Origin: Nitrosopumilus sp.
GTDB taxonomy: Archaea; Thermoproteota; Nitrososphaeria; Nitrososphaerales; Nitrosopumilaceae
DNA length: 64,000 nt
Direction: 5' to 3'
NCBI GenBank assembly: GCA_963662625.1
Contig: OY759726.1
Location: 192,001-256,000 of the forward strand
A program made the position numbers and the translations under genes. Positions 54,368-64,000 of the stretch are shown piece by piece. Every line of letters starts with the position of its first letter. The stretch's first letter is position 1. The notes under the pieces were generated by a model. It was given only the letters and a program-made list of their open reading frames with translations, was not told the origin of the DNA and ran no database searches.

Positions 54368-54541
54368 ATGGTAGGACCGAAGGACGGAGGGTTCGGGTTT
54401 GACCAGTCGAGGAAGTACACCAGCATAGACAACATAGACGAGATCTGCGTCCAGTGCCAGGCGGGCCAGCACAAGAAGTGCCTCAAGAAGGCGGGGCGGC
54501 AGGCCGGGTGCGAGTGCGAGCACTGCCTCGTTTACGGCTGA
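54368..54541 (+). CDS. Small Cys-rich protein
   Basis: CVQC...H..C...CECEHC. Confidence 0.65.
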   Translation: MVGPKDGGFGFDQSRKYTSIDNIDEICVQCQAGQHKKCLKKAGRQAGCECEHCLVYG

Positions 54542-55602
54542 CCCCGCGCGTGCGGCGGCCCCAAGATCCCGAACCCGCAGCATTCCAAGCACGTCCCGCT
54601 CCTGAAGGCGGCAGGCGGCGTGTGCTCCCACCTGCAGGCGTACCGCCACCCGGACAATGCCGCGCTCCTGCCTGGAGAGGTCCCCCCCTGACGGAGGACA
54701 ACGCCGGCCCGGAACTGCTCTTCTCCCAGAACTACATAACCGCAAGCTTTGCCCCACGGCAGGGCGAGCCGCTGAACCTCTACAGCGGCGACACGAAGAC
54801 GGCGTACACCCTGACCGACGTCAGCGACGGCCTGGGAAAGGCCTTGATGATGGAAATGGCACAGACGGCGTGTGCCCTGACGGCACGCTCGGCATAATCA
54901 CGCCGTTAGAAACGCCGTTCCTGACAGAGTCCAACCACCGCTACATGCGGGGGAACCTCACCGAGGAGCGCGCGGTCAGGATGGCAAACGCCGTGATGCC
55001 GGTCGGGGAAGCAGGACAGGCGCATGGCGCTGATCCGCGGGAAGGCCGCCGCGGCGGGGGATCCCCTGCCGCGCGCGGGCTCGCCCCCGCCCAGCCTCCC
55101 CGCGAGCGGCGTGGCGCCGCCCGCGCCGCCGTGCGGCCCGCCGCCCGGCTCCCGCGGGGCGCGCCTGATCGCGGACGGGGCGTGCGCGTCGCGGGACAAC
55201 GTGCTGAGGTGCCGCGGCATGGGCGTGGGGCCGACCGTCCCGGCCAGGGTAGCGCCCGCCGCCGGGGGCAGGGGCGCCGGCGGCGCGCGGCGCGGGGCGG
55301 CCCGGAGGCGCGCGCCGGCAGGATGGGCAGGGGGGAGAGGGGGGAGAACGCCCGGTACCGGGAGGCCAGGAAGGGGCGCGGCGGGAGGCGGCTGACCGGG
55401 ATAACCATGTCGGCGTTCAAGGGGACGTCCGGGGACCACGCGCGCTCGCGCAGGTGGGAGAACATCGTGCAGGAGGCAAGGCCCACGGCGGCCCAGCACG
55501 ACCGGTGGGCGGTGGTGTAGGGACCCCAAGCGGCACGGCCCGGCCACGGCCCGGGGATCGTGCCTAGTTGTTCAACAGACTACCCCCGCCGGCAACGTTT
55601 TA

Positions 55603-55740
55603 ATGCAGACGCCCCCCTACGTGCCCGTGGCAGACAGGTTCGACTTTCGCTGCAGGTACTGCGGGAAGGGCTTCGGCGGCGACGTGGTCGGGCTCGCAAG
55701 GCACATCGGAAGGCGGCACGATCCCGTCAGGTCCGGGTAG
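55603..55740 (+). CDS. Small C2H2 zinc-finger protein
   Basis: FRCRYCGKGF......LARHIGRRH (manual translation). Confidence 0.6.
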   Translation: MQTPPYVPVADRFDFRCRYCGKGFGGDVVGLARHIGRRHDPVRSG

Positions 55741-55765
55741 ATTCAATAATGCCCCGCCCCGCCGT

Positions 55766-55870
55766 ATGGCGATGACCAGACTACAAAAGGTTGCCGCCTG
55801 GGTCGCCATAATAGGCGGCGGGGTGGGGTTCTTCTTCTTCTCGCAGTTTGCGGCAGAAGCCATGCGGTGA
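55766..55870 (+). CDS. Very small membrane protein
   Basis: MAMTRLQKVAAWVAIIGGGVGFFFFSQF. Confidence 0.45.
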   Translation: MAMTRLQKVAAWVAIIGGGVGFFFFSQFAAEAMR

Positions 55871-55908
55871 CGAAAACAGATTTTACCGGACGGCCCCGCC
55901 AGGCACGT

Positions 55909-56349
55909 ATGATAGGCGAGCGTGTCGCGCGGTTCTTGGAGAGGCAGAAGCTCGGGTACGTGGCAACCGTGTCGGCCGACGGCACGCCGAACCTTTCCCC
56001 GAAGGGCACGATCATCGCGCTGGACTCCAAGACCCTCGCGTTTGCTGACATCCGCTCGCCGAACACCGTCAGGAACCTGGAGGCCAACCCGAGCCTGGAG
56101 ATCAACGTGGTCGACCCGCTGCTCCGCAAGGGGTTCCGCTTCGCCGGAAGGGCCAGGATCGTCAGGGACGGCCGGGCCTTCGGCGAGATACTCGGGCGCT
56201 ACAGGAGGGACGGCGTCAGGAGCCGCGTCAAGGCCATAGTGATAGTCGACGTCCTGGGCGTGTCTGAGGTCACGTCCCCCCTGTACGACCTGGGCCTCAC
56301 CGAGGACGAGGTGAGGGCGCGGTGGAGGGCCCGCATGCTAGGCGCGTGA
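55909..56349 (+). CDS. Pyridoxamine 5'-phosphate oxidase-like FMN-binding protein
   Basis: VATVSADGTPNLSPKG...T..NLEANP. Confidence 0.9.
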   Translation: MIGERVARFLERQKLGYVATVSADGTPNLSPKGTIIALDSKTLAFADIRSPNTVRNLEANPSLEINVVDPLLRKGFRFAGRARIVRDGRAFGEILGRYRRDGVRSRVKAIVIVDVLGVSEVTSPLYDLGLTEDEVRARWRARMLGA

Positions 56350-56829
56350 CCCCTTCCTGAGCCGCTCCAGCTCCCCCCGGGTCTCGCCGTGGCCCCGCCT
56401 CTCCTCCTCCAGGAGCCGGCGCGCATCTTCGAGCTCCCTCTCGGCCGCTGCCAGCCGCGACTTTAGCGAGCCCACCACCGCGCTTGCCGCCTCGATGACC
56501 CCCCGGGGCCCGGGGCCGTCGGCCAGCGTGGGGCGCCCTCCCGGCCCCGCGGCCCCGCCCCGGGATCCGGCCACGCGCGCCTTCCTCAGCCCCTCAAGCT
56601 CGGCCTTCTTCTGGTTCGTCTCTTTTTTTACCATCATCAGGTTCGCGACGGCCGTGTCGTACTCCTCCCTGACTGCCCTGAGCCTCCCCGTCACCTCGTC
56701 GAGCTGGGCGCTCGCCTCCCGGAACTTGCCCTGCAGGGCCTCCACCTCGCCTTCCAGATCCCCCTTCAGCGCGTGCTCGGCGCCGCCGTCCTCCTGGCGC
56801 TCCGGGCGCCTCCTACCGAACAGGCCCAT
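56338..56829 (-). CDS. Coiled-coil protein
   Basis: MGLFGR start, heptad repeats. Confidence 0.7.
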   Translation of the reverse strand: MGLFGRRRPERQEDGGAEHALKGDLEGEVEALQGKFREASAQLDEVTGRLRAVREEYDTAVANLMMVKKETNQKKAELEGLRKARVAGSRGGAAGPGGRPTLADGPGPRGVIEAASAVVGSLKSRLAAAERELEDARRLLEEERRGHGETRGELERLRKGSRA

Positions 56830-56865
56830 GCACCACCACCGCCCCCCGGGCAAATGAACCTTCCC

Positions 56866-57066
56866 TCACTTGTTCCTCACCCTGGTGCGGACGAACTTCA
56901 GGTAAAACCCGAGCCCGCCGATCGCCAGCCCCCCGGCCAGCGCCGCGGCGCCAAGCCCGGGGCTGGACGGGTGGATGTTGGGCGCCAGGAACAGCAGCAG
57001 CGCGCCCAGGATGATCAGGGCAAATCCCCCGCTTTTCCTCGACCGGTTGTGCTCGCTGTGGGCCAT
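56866..57066 (-). CDS. Small membrane protein (2 TM)
   Basis: Two hydrophobic segments; directly follows lysS. Confidence 0.65.
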   Translation of the reverse strand: MAHSEHNRSRKSGGFALIILGALLLFLAPNIHPSSPGLGAAALAGGLAIGGLGFYLKFVRTRVRNK

Positions 57067-57068
57067 GT

Positions 57069-58655
57069 TCACGCGTACTCTGAGATCGTTTTGGCGACCC
57101 GCCCCGCCCCCATGTCGCTGATGAGCGGCCCGATCTTGGGCCCCCGGGTCGTGCCCAGTATTATCTGGTACAGCGTCCTGAAGAACTCCCCGGTCGGGAT
57201 CCCGCTGCCCTTGGCGATCCGGTAGATCGAGTCCTGGATCTCCTCGGGGGCCCCTCCGGCCTCCAGCGCCTCGGCCAGCATCCTCAGGGCCCCCCGCACC
57301 CCCGGTTCCAGGTCCAGGTCTGCCCTCTCCCTCACGCCGAACTCGTCCGCAAAGTTTCCAGCCAGCCCGACCAGGCCGTCGAGCTCCCCCGTCCTCTCCC
57401 TTATCACGCCGTACTCCACCAGCTTCTTTGCCACCAGCTCGGCCCTGCCTTCCCTGAATATCTTGCACAGCTCCACCAGCAGCCGGTAGCTTACGTGGGG
57501 GCCGGGCCGCCCCGGCGGGTCCAGCAGGTTGGCGTACTCGTAGAGCCCCCTCATCTTCGCCAGCTTCGCGGCGTTGCCCACGCCCGTCTTGCCGAAATAG
57601 ACGTCCTCTAGCTCGTTGTACTCGTCCATGAGGCCGGGTATGTCCGCGAGCCCCAGCTCCCGCGCCCCCGTGATCCTCTTGTACAGCAGCAGCAGGATCG
57701 ACTCTGGGCTGCCAAACTCCAGCCACCTCTGGGCGGTGAGCACGTTTCCCAGCGACTTGGAGATCTTCTTGCCGCCCTTGTCCAGGAACATCTCGTACTT
57801 GACGTGGTGCGGGTGCGGGAAGCCCAGCACCTCGTCTGCCACCCAGTCGTTGACCCTGACCGAGTCCATTATGTCCTTCCCGTACGCCTCGAAGCGGACG
57901 TCAAACGCCGCCCACCTTGCCGCGAACTCCACCTTCCACGCGAGCTTCCCCAGGTCCCTCGCGACGTCCGCCTCGCCCCGGTGGCCGCACCCCTTCACCA
58001 CCCTGCCCCCTATCTGCGCGTCGCGGCACGCGTAGGCGACCGCCCTCTTGTCGGCAAGGTACCCGGTGGACTCCGCGGTGTACAGCCTGTCGCACCCGGA
58101 GCACACGGGAAAGTACGGCAGGTACCTCCGGTATTTTTCCTGCCCGACCATCTCGGATATCCTCTGCCCTATCGCGGCGGCGTTCTGCAGGATGGCGTGG
58201 ATCTGGTCCGCCAGCAGCCCGTCCCTGTACGTGTCGACTGCCCTCCTGAACTCGTATTTCACCCCCACCCTGTCCAGCCCGTCAAGCAGGATGCTGCTCA
58301 TGTGCATCCCGTACGAATCGTGGCACCCGAACGGGTCGGGGATCAGCGACACCGGCTTGGCGATGTGCTCCTCCAGCGAGTCAGGGAAGCCGTCGGGGAT
58401 CTTCCTCAGCCCGTCCAGGTCGTCCGAGTAGGCGATCAGCACCGACCTGTACCCCATGTCCTCGAGGGCCAGCTTCACGCCGTACGCCCGCACGGCGTCG
58501 CCCAGGCTGCCTATGTGCGGGATGCCCGACGCCCCGAGGCCGCTCTCGACGCGTATCTCCCCCAGGTCGCGGCCCAGCGACTCCTCGCGCCGCAGCAGCT
58601 CGTGGGCCAGCTTGTCTATCCACGTCCCCCTTCCGATCTTCTCCTGCCCGGGCAT
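57069..58655 (-). CDS. lysS: Lysine--tRNA ligase, class I
   Basis: SGIPHIGS, KLAWKVEFAARW, EAYGKD, KISKS, GPKIG. Confidence 0.97.
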   Translation of the reverse strand: MPGQEKIGRGTWIDKLAHELLRREESLGRDLGEIRVESGLGASGIPHIGSLGDAVRAYGVKLALEDMGYRSVLIAYSDDLDGLRKIPDGFPDSLEEHIAKPVSLIPDPFGCHDSYGMHMSSILLDGLDRVGVKYEFRRAVDTYRDGLLADQIHAILQNAAAIGQRISEMVGQEKYRRYLPYFPVCSGCDRLYTAESTGYLADKRAVAYACRDAQIGGRVVKGCGHRGEADVARDLGKLAWKVEFAARWAAFDVRFEAYGKDIMDSVRVNDWVADEVLGFPHPHHVKYEMFLDKGGKKISKSLGNVLTAQRWLEFGSPESILLLLYKRITGARELGLADIPGLMDEYNELEDVYFGKTGVGNAAKLAKMRGLYEYANLLDPPGRPGPHVSYRLLVELCKIFREGRAELVAKKLVEYGVIRERTGELDGLVGLAGNFADEFGVRERADLDLEPGVRGALRMLAEALEAGGAPEEIQDSIYRIAKGSGIPTGEFFRTLYQIILGTTRGPKIGPLISDMGAGRVAKTISEYA

Positions 58656-58659
58656 CTCC

Positions 58660-60237
58660 CTAATCCAGTGTCTTAGACATGTACGGGCCATATAACGAAT
58701 ACCCCATCCCCCGGTAGTACTCCCTGGTGCCGACCGCGCTGATCACCAGCAGCCTGCCGGCGTCAAACTCCTCCCGCGAGATCCTTTCGGCCTCCAGCAT
58801 CAGCCTCTTGCCGAGCCCCGCGTGCTGTACCGCGCCGCCCTTCTGGCCTATCCCCAGCGACCTGCCCAGCACGTGCAGCTCCCTGACGATGCACGCCCCG
58901 CCGCGGACCTCCCGCCTGTGCGCCATGGCGCTAGGCCTCCTCAGCCGCAGGTACCCGTAGATCGAGTCGGCCGAGTCCTCGAACGACAGGAACACCTCGT
59001 CTCCCCCGGAGGACTCGTAGTCGGTCCGGCGGAGCCTCGGCTCTGCGGCGCCCCTGCCCGACAGGCCGATCTCCCTGCACCTGATGCACCTGCACGCCAG
59101 GCCCTGCCTCTCCAGGTTCCGGCGCACCAGCTGCCTCAGGTTCCCCGCCCTCGGCCCCGCGATGATCTCGCCCGGCGAGATCTCCCTCTGGATCCTCATT
59201 ATGCGGACCCACCTGGGCACCTTCTTCTTCACGCTCGTGAGGACCTCGATCATCTCGTCGTCGGAATATGCCGAGTACCTCCCCTCCGCGTGGTCCCTCG
59301 CCAGCCTGGTGCCCCCCAGCACGAGCGCCGGGTAGATCTTCAGCATGTCCGGCTTGAGGTCGGCGTCAGCAAAGAGCCTCTCAAAGTCGGCGACGTCCTC
59401 CCCCGGGGTCATGGTGGGAAGGCCCGGCATCATGTGCGCCGCGACCTTGTATCCCGCGTCCTTGGACACCTGGAACGCCTCCACCACGTCGCCGTAGCCG
59501 TGCCCCCTGTTCACGATCCTGTAGACCCTCTCCCGCAGCGACTGCACGCCCACCTCCACCCGGGTGACCCCGTAGCCCAGCATCGTGTCCACGTGCTCCT
59601 TCTTGCAAAAGTCCGGCTTGGTCTCGACCGTGAGCCCCACGTTCCTGATCCTGGCCCGCTCGTTGAGCCCCTTGGCCTCCCGCAGGTCCCTCGAGACGGT
59701 GCCGTTCAGCGCGTCATAGCACGACTTTATGAAGCCCTCCCGGTAGTCTGCCGGCATGAACAGGAACGTGCCGCCGACGATCACCAGCTCCATCTTCCCG
59801 GGGTCGTGCCCCAGCGCCACCAGCCTCTCGATCTTTTCGGCGATCTGCAGCCCGGGGTCGTACCCGTGCCCCATTGCGCTTACCGTCGACGGCTCGTTCC
59901 CGGTGTAGCTGTTGGGCGAGTTGGACTCGGCCCCGCCCGGGCAGTACGTGCACCTCCCGTGCGGGCACGCGTACGGCTTTGGCATCAGAGCCACCACCGC
60001 CACGCCCGACGCCGTCTTTACCGGCCTCGTCACCAGGACCCGCCTCAGCCTCGCGAACTCCGGCCCGCTCGCCGCCGAGAGGATCTCTCGGTTCCCCGGG
60101 ATCCTGTCCAGGGAGTACTTTGCGCACGCCCTCTTGATCTCCTCCCTGACCCGCCTCCCCGTCGGCCTGCCGGCTGCGAGCAGCCCCCTCACTATCTCGC
60201 CGCACGCCATGGAGAATGCCGCGTCCCGCCCGCCCAT
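58660..60237 (-). CDS. elp3: Elp3 radical SAM/acetyltransferase (tRNA U34 modification)
   Basis: CPHGRCTYCPGG, GGTF, ETKPD, QHAGLGKRL, ISAVGTREYY. Confidence 0.95.
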   Translation of the reverse strand: MGGRDAAFSMACGEIVRGLLAAGRPTGRRVREEIKRACAKYSLDRIPGNREILSAASGPEFARLRRVLVTRPVKTASGVAVVALMPKPYACPHGRCTYCPGGAESNSPNSYTGNEPSTVSAMGHGYDPGLQIAEKIERLVALGHDPGKMELVIVGGTFLFMPADYREGFIKSCYDALNGTVSRDLREAKGLNERARIRNVGLTVETKPDFCKKEHVDTMLGYGVTRVEVGVQSLRERVYRIVNRGHGYGDVVEAFQVSKDAGYKVAAHMMPGLPTMTPGEDVADFERLFADADLKPDMLKIYPALVLGGTRLARDHAEGRYSAYSDDEMIEVLTSVKKKVPRWVRIMRIQREISPGEIIAGPRAGNLRQLVRRNLERQGLACRCIRCREIGLSGRGAAEPRLRRTDYESSGGDEVFLSFEDSADSIYGYLRLRRPSAMAHRREVRGGACIVRELHVLGRSLGIGQKGGAVQHAGLGKRLMLEAERISREEFDAGRLLVISAVGTREYYRGMGYSLYGPYMSKTLD

Positions 60238-60308
60238 GCGCAACCATGCCGGGCTGGACATAAATTCGTTAGACCCGGCCGCGCGCGCCGGCGCCGGCCC
60301 CCCGCGGC

Positions 60309-61559
60309 CTATTTTTGGCCCGGCTCGACCGCCTCGGCGGAGCCCTCGCCGCGGGCCTGCTCCTTCCTGTACTCCATCTTCAGCCAGATCGGAGTGATTA
60401 TCGTGGTCACCGCCACCATGATCACGATCGTGGAATACACGCTGGACGTCAGGACGCCGGCGGTCACCCCCACCCCGGCCACTATCAGCCCGACCTCGCC
60501 GCGGGATATCATCCCTATGCCCACGCGCATGCCCTGGGCCCTGTTCTTCAGGAACAGTATCGACGGCAGGCCGCACCCGAACAGCTTCGTGACTATGGCT
60601 ATGACTATTATGATCCCGCTCATCATCAGTATCTCCAGGTTGACCGCCCTCAGGTCCACCTGCGCCCCGATTATCGCGAAGAACAGCGGCGCGAATATCA
60701 GGCCGATCTTCTCGATGAAGTTCTCCACCTTCTCGAACACCTTGGTGGTGGACAGCGCCATGCCCACGGCGAACGCGCCCACGATCGGCGACAGGCCTAG
60801 CAGGCCGGCCAGCGCGGCGGCCCCGAAGAACGACGCCGTGGCTATCCCCTCCACGCTGCCCTTGGCCTTCCACAGCCGGGGCGTGATGATGCGCGGCATC
60901 ACCACCACCGCGACCAGCAGCATCACGGCAAAGAATCCCAGGACCTCGAGGATCGTGATGGTGACGTCCGTGATGTTTATGCTTTCCAGGCCGCCGCCGT
61001 CGCCCCCGGCGATGGACGTCACCACCGACAGCACCGCGATGGCCAGGATGTCGTCGACCACCGCCGCGCCTATTATGAGGCGCGCCTCCGGGGTCTTGAG
61101 CTTCCCGAACTCGTTGAGCACCTGGATCGAGATGGCTATGCTCGTCGCGGTGAGCGCCGTGGCGATCATCATCGACTGCAGCGCGTCGAACCCGAACGCC
61201 TGGAAGACCAGCAGGCCCACGAAGAACGGCACCACCACGCCCAGCGTCCCCACCGTGAACGACGCCTTGCCCCCGCGGATGAACTCCCTCGGGGTCATCT
61301 CCAGGCCCGCCATGAACAGTATCACGATCGCGCCGATCTCGCCGAGCACCCTTATCTGCTCGCCGATCTGTATGATCTGCTTGCCGTCCACCACGAGGAA
61401 CGAGCCCAGCGCGAACGGGCCGACGATCATGCCGGCCAGGAGCTCCCCGAGGACTATCGGGAGCTTCAGCCTCAGGAACAGCTCCGCCATCAGCTTCGCC
61501 GCAAAGAGAAGGATTCCCACCTCTATGATCGTCTCTATGAAATGCGCCTCGGAAGCCAA
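60309..61559 (-). CDS. Cation:proton antiporter (CPA2/NapA-type)
   Basis: LFMAGLE, TATSIAI, AVVDDI, MISRGEV; many TM segments. Confidence 0.93.
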   Translation of the reverse strand: MASEAHFIETIIEVGILLFAAKLMAELFLRLKLPIVLGELLAGMIVGPFALGSFLVVDGKQIIQIGEQIRVLGEIGAIVILFMAGLEMTPREFIRGGKASFTVGTLGVVVPFFVGLLVFQAFGFDALQSMMIATALTATSIAISIQVLNEFGKLKTPEARLIIGAAVVDDILAIAVLSVVTSIAGGDGGGLESINITDVTITILEVLGFFAVMLLVAVVVMPRIITPRLWKAKGSVEGIATASFFGAAALAGLLGLSPIVGAFAVGMALSTTKVFEKVENFIEKIGLIFAPLFFAIIGAQVDLRAVNLEILMMSGIIIVIAIVTKLFGCGLPSILFLKNRAQGMRVGIGMISRGEVGLIVAGVGVTAGVLTSSVYSTIVIMVAVTTIITPIWLKMEYRKEQARGEGSAEAVEPGQK

Positions 61560-61689
61560 CTTTTCTGTTCTTGGGGGAGGCCTGCCACATATAAGGTATG
61601 CCTGCGCCCGCGGCGCGGGGCGCCCGGCCCGGGCGGCTGTCCGCCCCGCGCCATCAAGTTTTATATGCGCAGGGGGAGTAGACAACAGC

Positions 61690-62064
61690 ATGGACGACTT
61701 TGAGAAGGAGTACCCCGGCTTTGACTGGAAGAACACGCCGGCGTACAAGCACCCCGGCGGCAAGGACTGCCCGTGCCCGAAGCACGAGTACATCAGGGAG
61801 CAGATCAACTTTACAAAGCAGGTCAACCAGAAGGGGGGCGATCCGGCGAAGGTCACCCTGAGGTTCTGCCCCGACCACTACCGGGTGTACATGGACGAGG
61901 TGATTCCCGCGATGCCGCTAAAGTACAAACTCCTGACCAAGATCGCGCTGAAGATCGGGGCGATCCACGTCGAGCAGCTGAAGTACATGGAGTCCGAGAG
62001 GTGCTTCTACTGCAGGTTCGGCTCCGGCGGCCACGACAGGAAGACCGAGCTTCCCCCCGTGTAG
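61690..62064 (+). CDS. Hypothetical Cys/His protein
   Basis: TTTATAT box upstream; CPC, FCPDH, CFYC. Confidence 0.7.
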   Translation: MDDFEKEYPGFDWKNTPAYKHPGGKDCPCPKHEYIREQINFTKQVNQKGGDPAKVTLRFCPDHYRVYMDEVIPAMPLKYKLLTKIALKIGAIHVEQLKYMESERCFYCRFGSGGHDRKTELPPV

Positions 62065-62092
62065 GGGCGCCGCCGGAAGGCCCGGGCGCCGG

Positions 62093-62323
62093 TCACAGTG
62101 GGCCCAGCAGTATCTTCGGCTTGTTGGGGGTGTCGTGGTGGCACATCTTCCCGCACACCGGGCACCGCCTCCTGTCAAGGAGGACGCACTGGCAGATGTG
62201 CGAGTCCAGGTAGGATTTGGCGGGCTTGTTGGGCTCGCCCGTGCCGTTGCAGAACGGGCACTGCGAGCCGAGCAGCTTGATCACCCCGTCGCCATCGCAG
62301 ACCGCGCACCCGTCACCTGCCAA
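62093..62323 (-). CDS. Small zinc-finger protein (DnaJ-type CxxCxGxG)
   Basis: CAVCDGDG, CPFCNGTG, CPVC. Confidence 0.75.
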   Translation of the reverse strand: MAGDGCAVCDGDGVIKLLGSQCPFCNGTGEPNKPAKSYLDSHICQCVLLDRRRCPVCGKMCHHDTPNKPKILLGPL

Positions 62324-62446
62324 CGCCGCTTCTGCCAGGCGGCGGCATTAAAATGCATTGGGCCCCGGCCCGCGCCGGATCCGCCCGGGGGGACGCGGCC
62401 GGGCCCCATTGAGAACAAATTTAAGAAATTCCGCCCCACCGCAGAC

Positions 62447-63007
62447 ATGGAGCGCTACATGGTCCACCTGGGGAACGAGGGGCACGGCCCGGAGGACTCG
62501 CGCCGCCTGGTCCGCAGGGCGAGGGAGCTCTGCTCGGGCATGCAGGCATCCGTGAGGGTCGCCCGCGTGGCAAGCGGCTTCGTGGAGCTCGACGTGGGCG
62601 TGGATGCCGGGGACCTCGACGCGCTGATAGAGAGGCTGGCCCCCATCGGGGGCCTGCTCAACGCCAGGCACGTCGTCGAGGAGGACGTCAGCAAGGAGGA
62701 CGGCATCAGGGACGGCGTGTTCTATTTCAACAACGAGCGGTTCTGGGAGTGCCACGAGGCGTTCGAGGGCGTGTGGAACAAGTGCATCGGGAGGGAGAAG
62801 GACCTCGTCCAGGGGATCATCCTGGTAGCCGTGGCCTTTGCGCACGGCCAGAAGAACGATCCCCAGATAGGCATCGGGATGCTGTCCCGCGCGCTGGAGA
62901 AGCTCGGCGACTCCCCCTCGGTGTACAACGGGATAGATGTCGACATGATCCGCAGCAAGAGCGAGGAGATGCGGAGGGCCAACGAGCTCTCCAGGTTCAG
63001 GATCTGA
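62447..63007 (+). CDS. DUF309 domain protein
   Basis: FNNERFWECHEAFEGVW...QGII..AVA..H. Confidence 0.9.
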   Translation: MERYMVHLGNEGHGPEDSRRLVRRARELCSGMQASVRVARVASGFVELDVGVDAGDLDALIERLAPIGGLLNARHVVEEDVSKEDGIRDGVFYFNNERFWECHEAFEGVWNKCIGREKDLVQGIILVAVAFAHGQKNDPQIGIGMLSRALEKLGDSPSVYNGIDVDMIRSKSEEMRRANELSRFRI

Positions 63008-64000
63008 TCAGGTCCAGCGCCGCCGGCACCACGTCGGCCCCCATGAGCGTCCCCATCCGGCCCCTCGCGGCCTGGGCCTCGGTCATCCTGGTGGTCCCGT
63101 CGTTCCCCACGCGGTCGCCCGAGACCAGCACCGGCACGGGGTCGTCGCTGTGCCCCTTGCTGATGCACGGCGTCGAGTGGTCCGCCGACACCACCACTGC
63201 CACCCTCGCCGGATCGGTGTTGTCCATGAGCGTCCCGAAGAACCGGCGGTCGATCTCCTCGATGTTCCTGGTCTTTCCCTCCGCGTCCCCGTCGTGGCCG
63301 AACTCGTCCGGCCCCTTCAGGTGCACGTAGATCGCGTTCTGCGTCTCCATGGACGCCGCGGCCACCCTCGCCTTCTCCTCGTAGTCGGCCAGGCCGCCCG
63401 CCTCAAACGCCCTCATCTTCAGGACCTTGGAGATGCCCACCTCCACCGGCATGTCCACGATGCACGAAAAGTCCATGGAGTACTTCTCGTTGATCGGCTG
63501 CACCACGGGGTACCGGTTTCCCGCGTCCCTCAGCAGGATGCAGCTGAGCGGCTTCCTGCCCTCCTCCTCCCGCCGGCGGTTGATCGGGCTCTCCGCCATT
63601 ATCCCGATCGACTGCCTGTTGAACTCGTTTACCATCTCCGAGGCCAGCGCGGCGGCCCGGCCCTCCTCCAGCGGCAGGCACCGCTCGATCCTGAGGCAGT
63701 CCCCCACGGCCTTGGCCACCCCCATCCCGCCGATGTTGGTGTACGCGGGGTCCGTGTTGGTGATCCTCGACGAGAGCCCCGACTCCGAGCGTATCCTCAC
63801 TGTGACCCTGTGCCCTATCGTGGGCGTGACTGCGACGGATGACCCGGGCCACGGGAGGCGCACTTTCTCCTCCAGCTCCCTGGCCATCCCCAGCGCGTCG
63901 TCCCTCCCTATGCGCCTGCCGGCCCTCCTGTCCACGATCACGCCGTCCCCGTCCAGGGTGGCGTAGTTGCCGCGCAGCGCCAGGTCGCCGTCCCTGAAGT
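62997..64000 (-). CDS. apgM: 2,3-bisphosphoglycerate-independent phosphoglycerate mutase (5' end outside the window)
   Basis: ALRGNYAT, VDRRAGR, HLKGPDEFGHDG, SADHSTPC, HSDDPVP. Confidence 0.9.
   Translation of the reverse strand, partial: FRDGDLALRGNYATLDGDGVIVDRRAGRRIGRDDALGMARELEEKVRLPWPGSSVAVTPTIGHRVTVRIRSESGLSSRITNTDPAYTNIGGMGVAKAVGDCLRIERCLPLEEGRAAALASEMVNEFNRQSIGIMAESPINRRREEEGRKPLSCILLRDAGNRYPVVQPINEKYSMDFSCIVDMPVEVGISKVLKMRAFEAGGLADYEEKARVAAASMETQNAIYVHLKGPDEFGHDGDAEGKTRNIEEIDRRFFGTLMDNTDPARVAVVVSADHSTPCISKGHSDDPVPVLVSGDRVGNDGTTRMTEAQAARGRMGTLMGADVVPAALDLIRS

Noticed and set aside
54560-55520. Gene or pseudogene in the GC-rich gap
   Set aside because: Short protein-like fragments in different frames (~54690-55000) but no recognisable family.

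Overview
High-GC archaeal DNA, most consistent with a Nitrosopumilaceae (Cenarchaeum/Nitrosopumilus-like) thaumarchaeote. This is inferred from class I LysRS, Elp3, ApgM, an archaeal PolB1-type polymerase, TATA boxes ~25-30 nt upstream of leaderless starts, and a DUF285 surface-protein remnant. Positions 1 to ~42.5 kb are the right part of a large integrated element whose left end lies outside the window. It ends in a tyrosine integrase and has a divergent pair of ribbon-helix-helix regulators. A long phage-like, overlap-coupled minus-strand gene run encodes a putative SSAP, a ParB-MTase, an SF3 helicase, an AT-rich iteron/cruciform region, a GT2, PolB, an XPD/DinG helicase, PriL, an ATP-grasp protein and a nuclease. 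The element also carries a conjugation-like module (VirB4, VirB11-type ATPase, two VirB6-like paralogs, a large exported protein), several DNA methyltransferases and R-M genes, a PAPS-reductase-like gene, and a membrane receptor-like protein with a cytoplasmic PIN domain. No capsid, terminase or Cas1 gene is visible. From ~42.5 kb to the end are host genes, tRNA-Arg(GCG) followed by a small accessory islet, and candidate structured ncRNAs. All protein assignments come from motif recognition by eye, not database searches.
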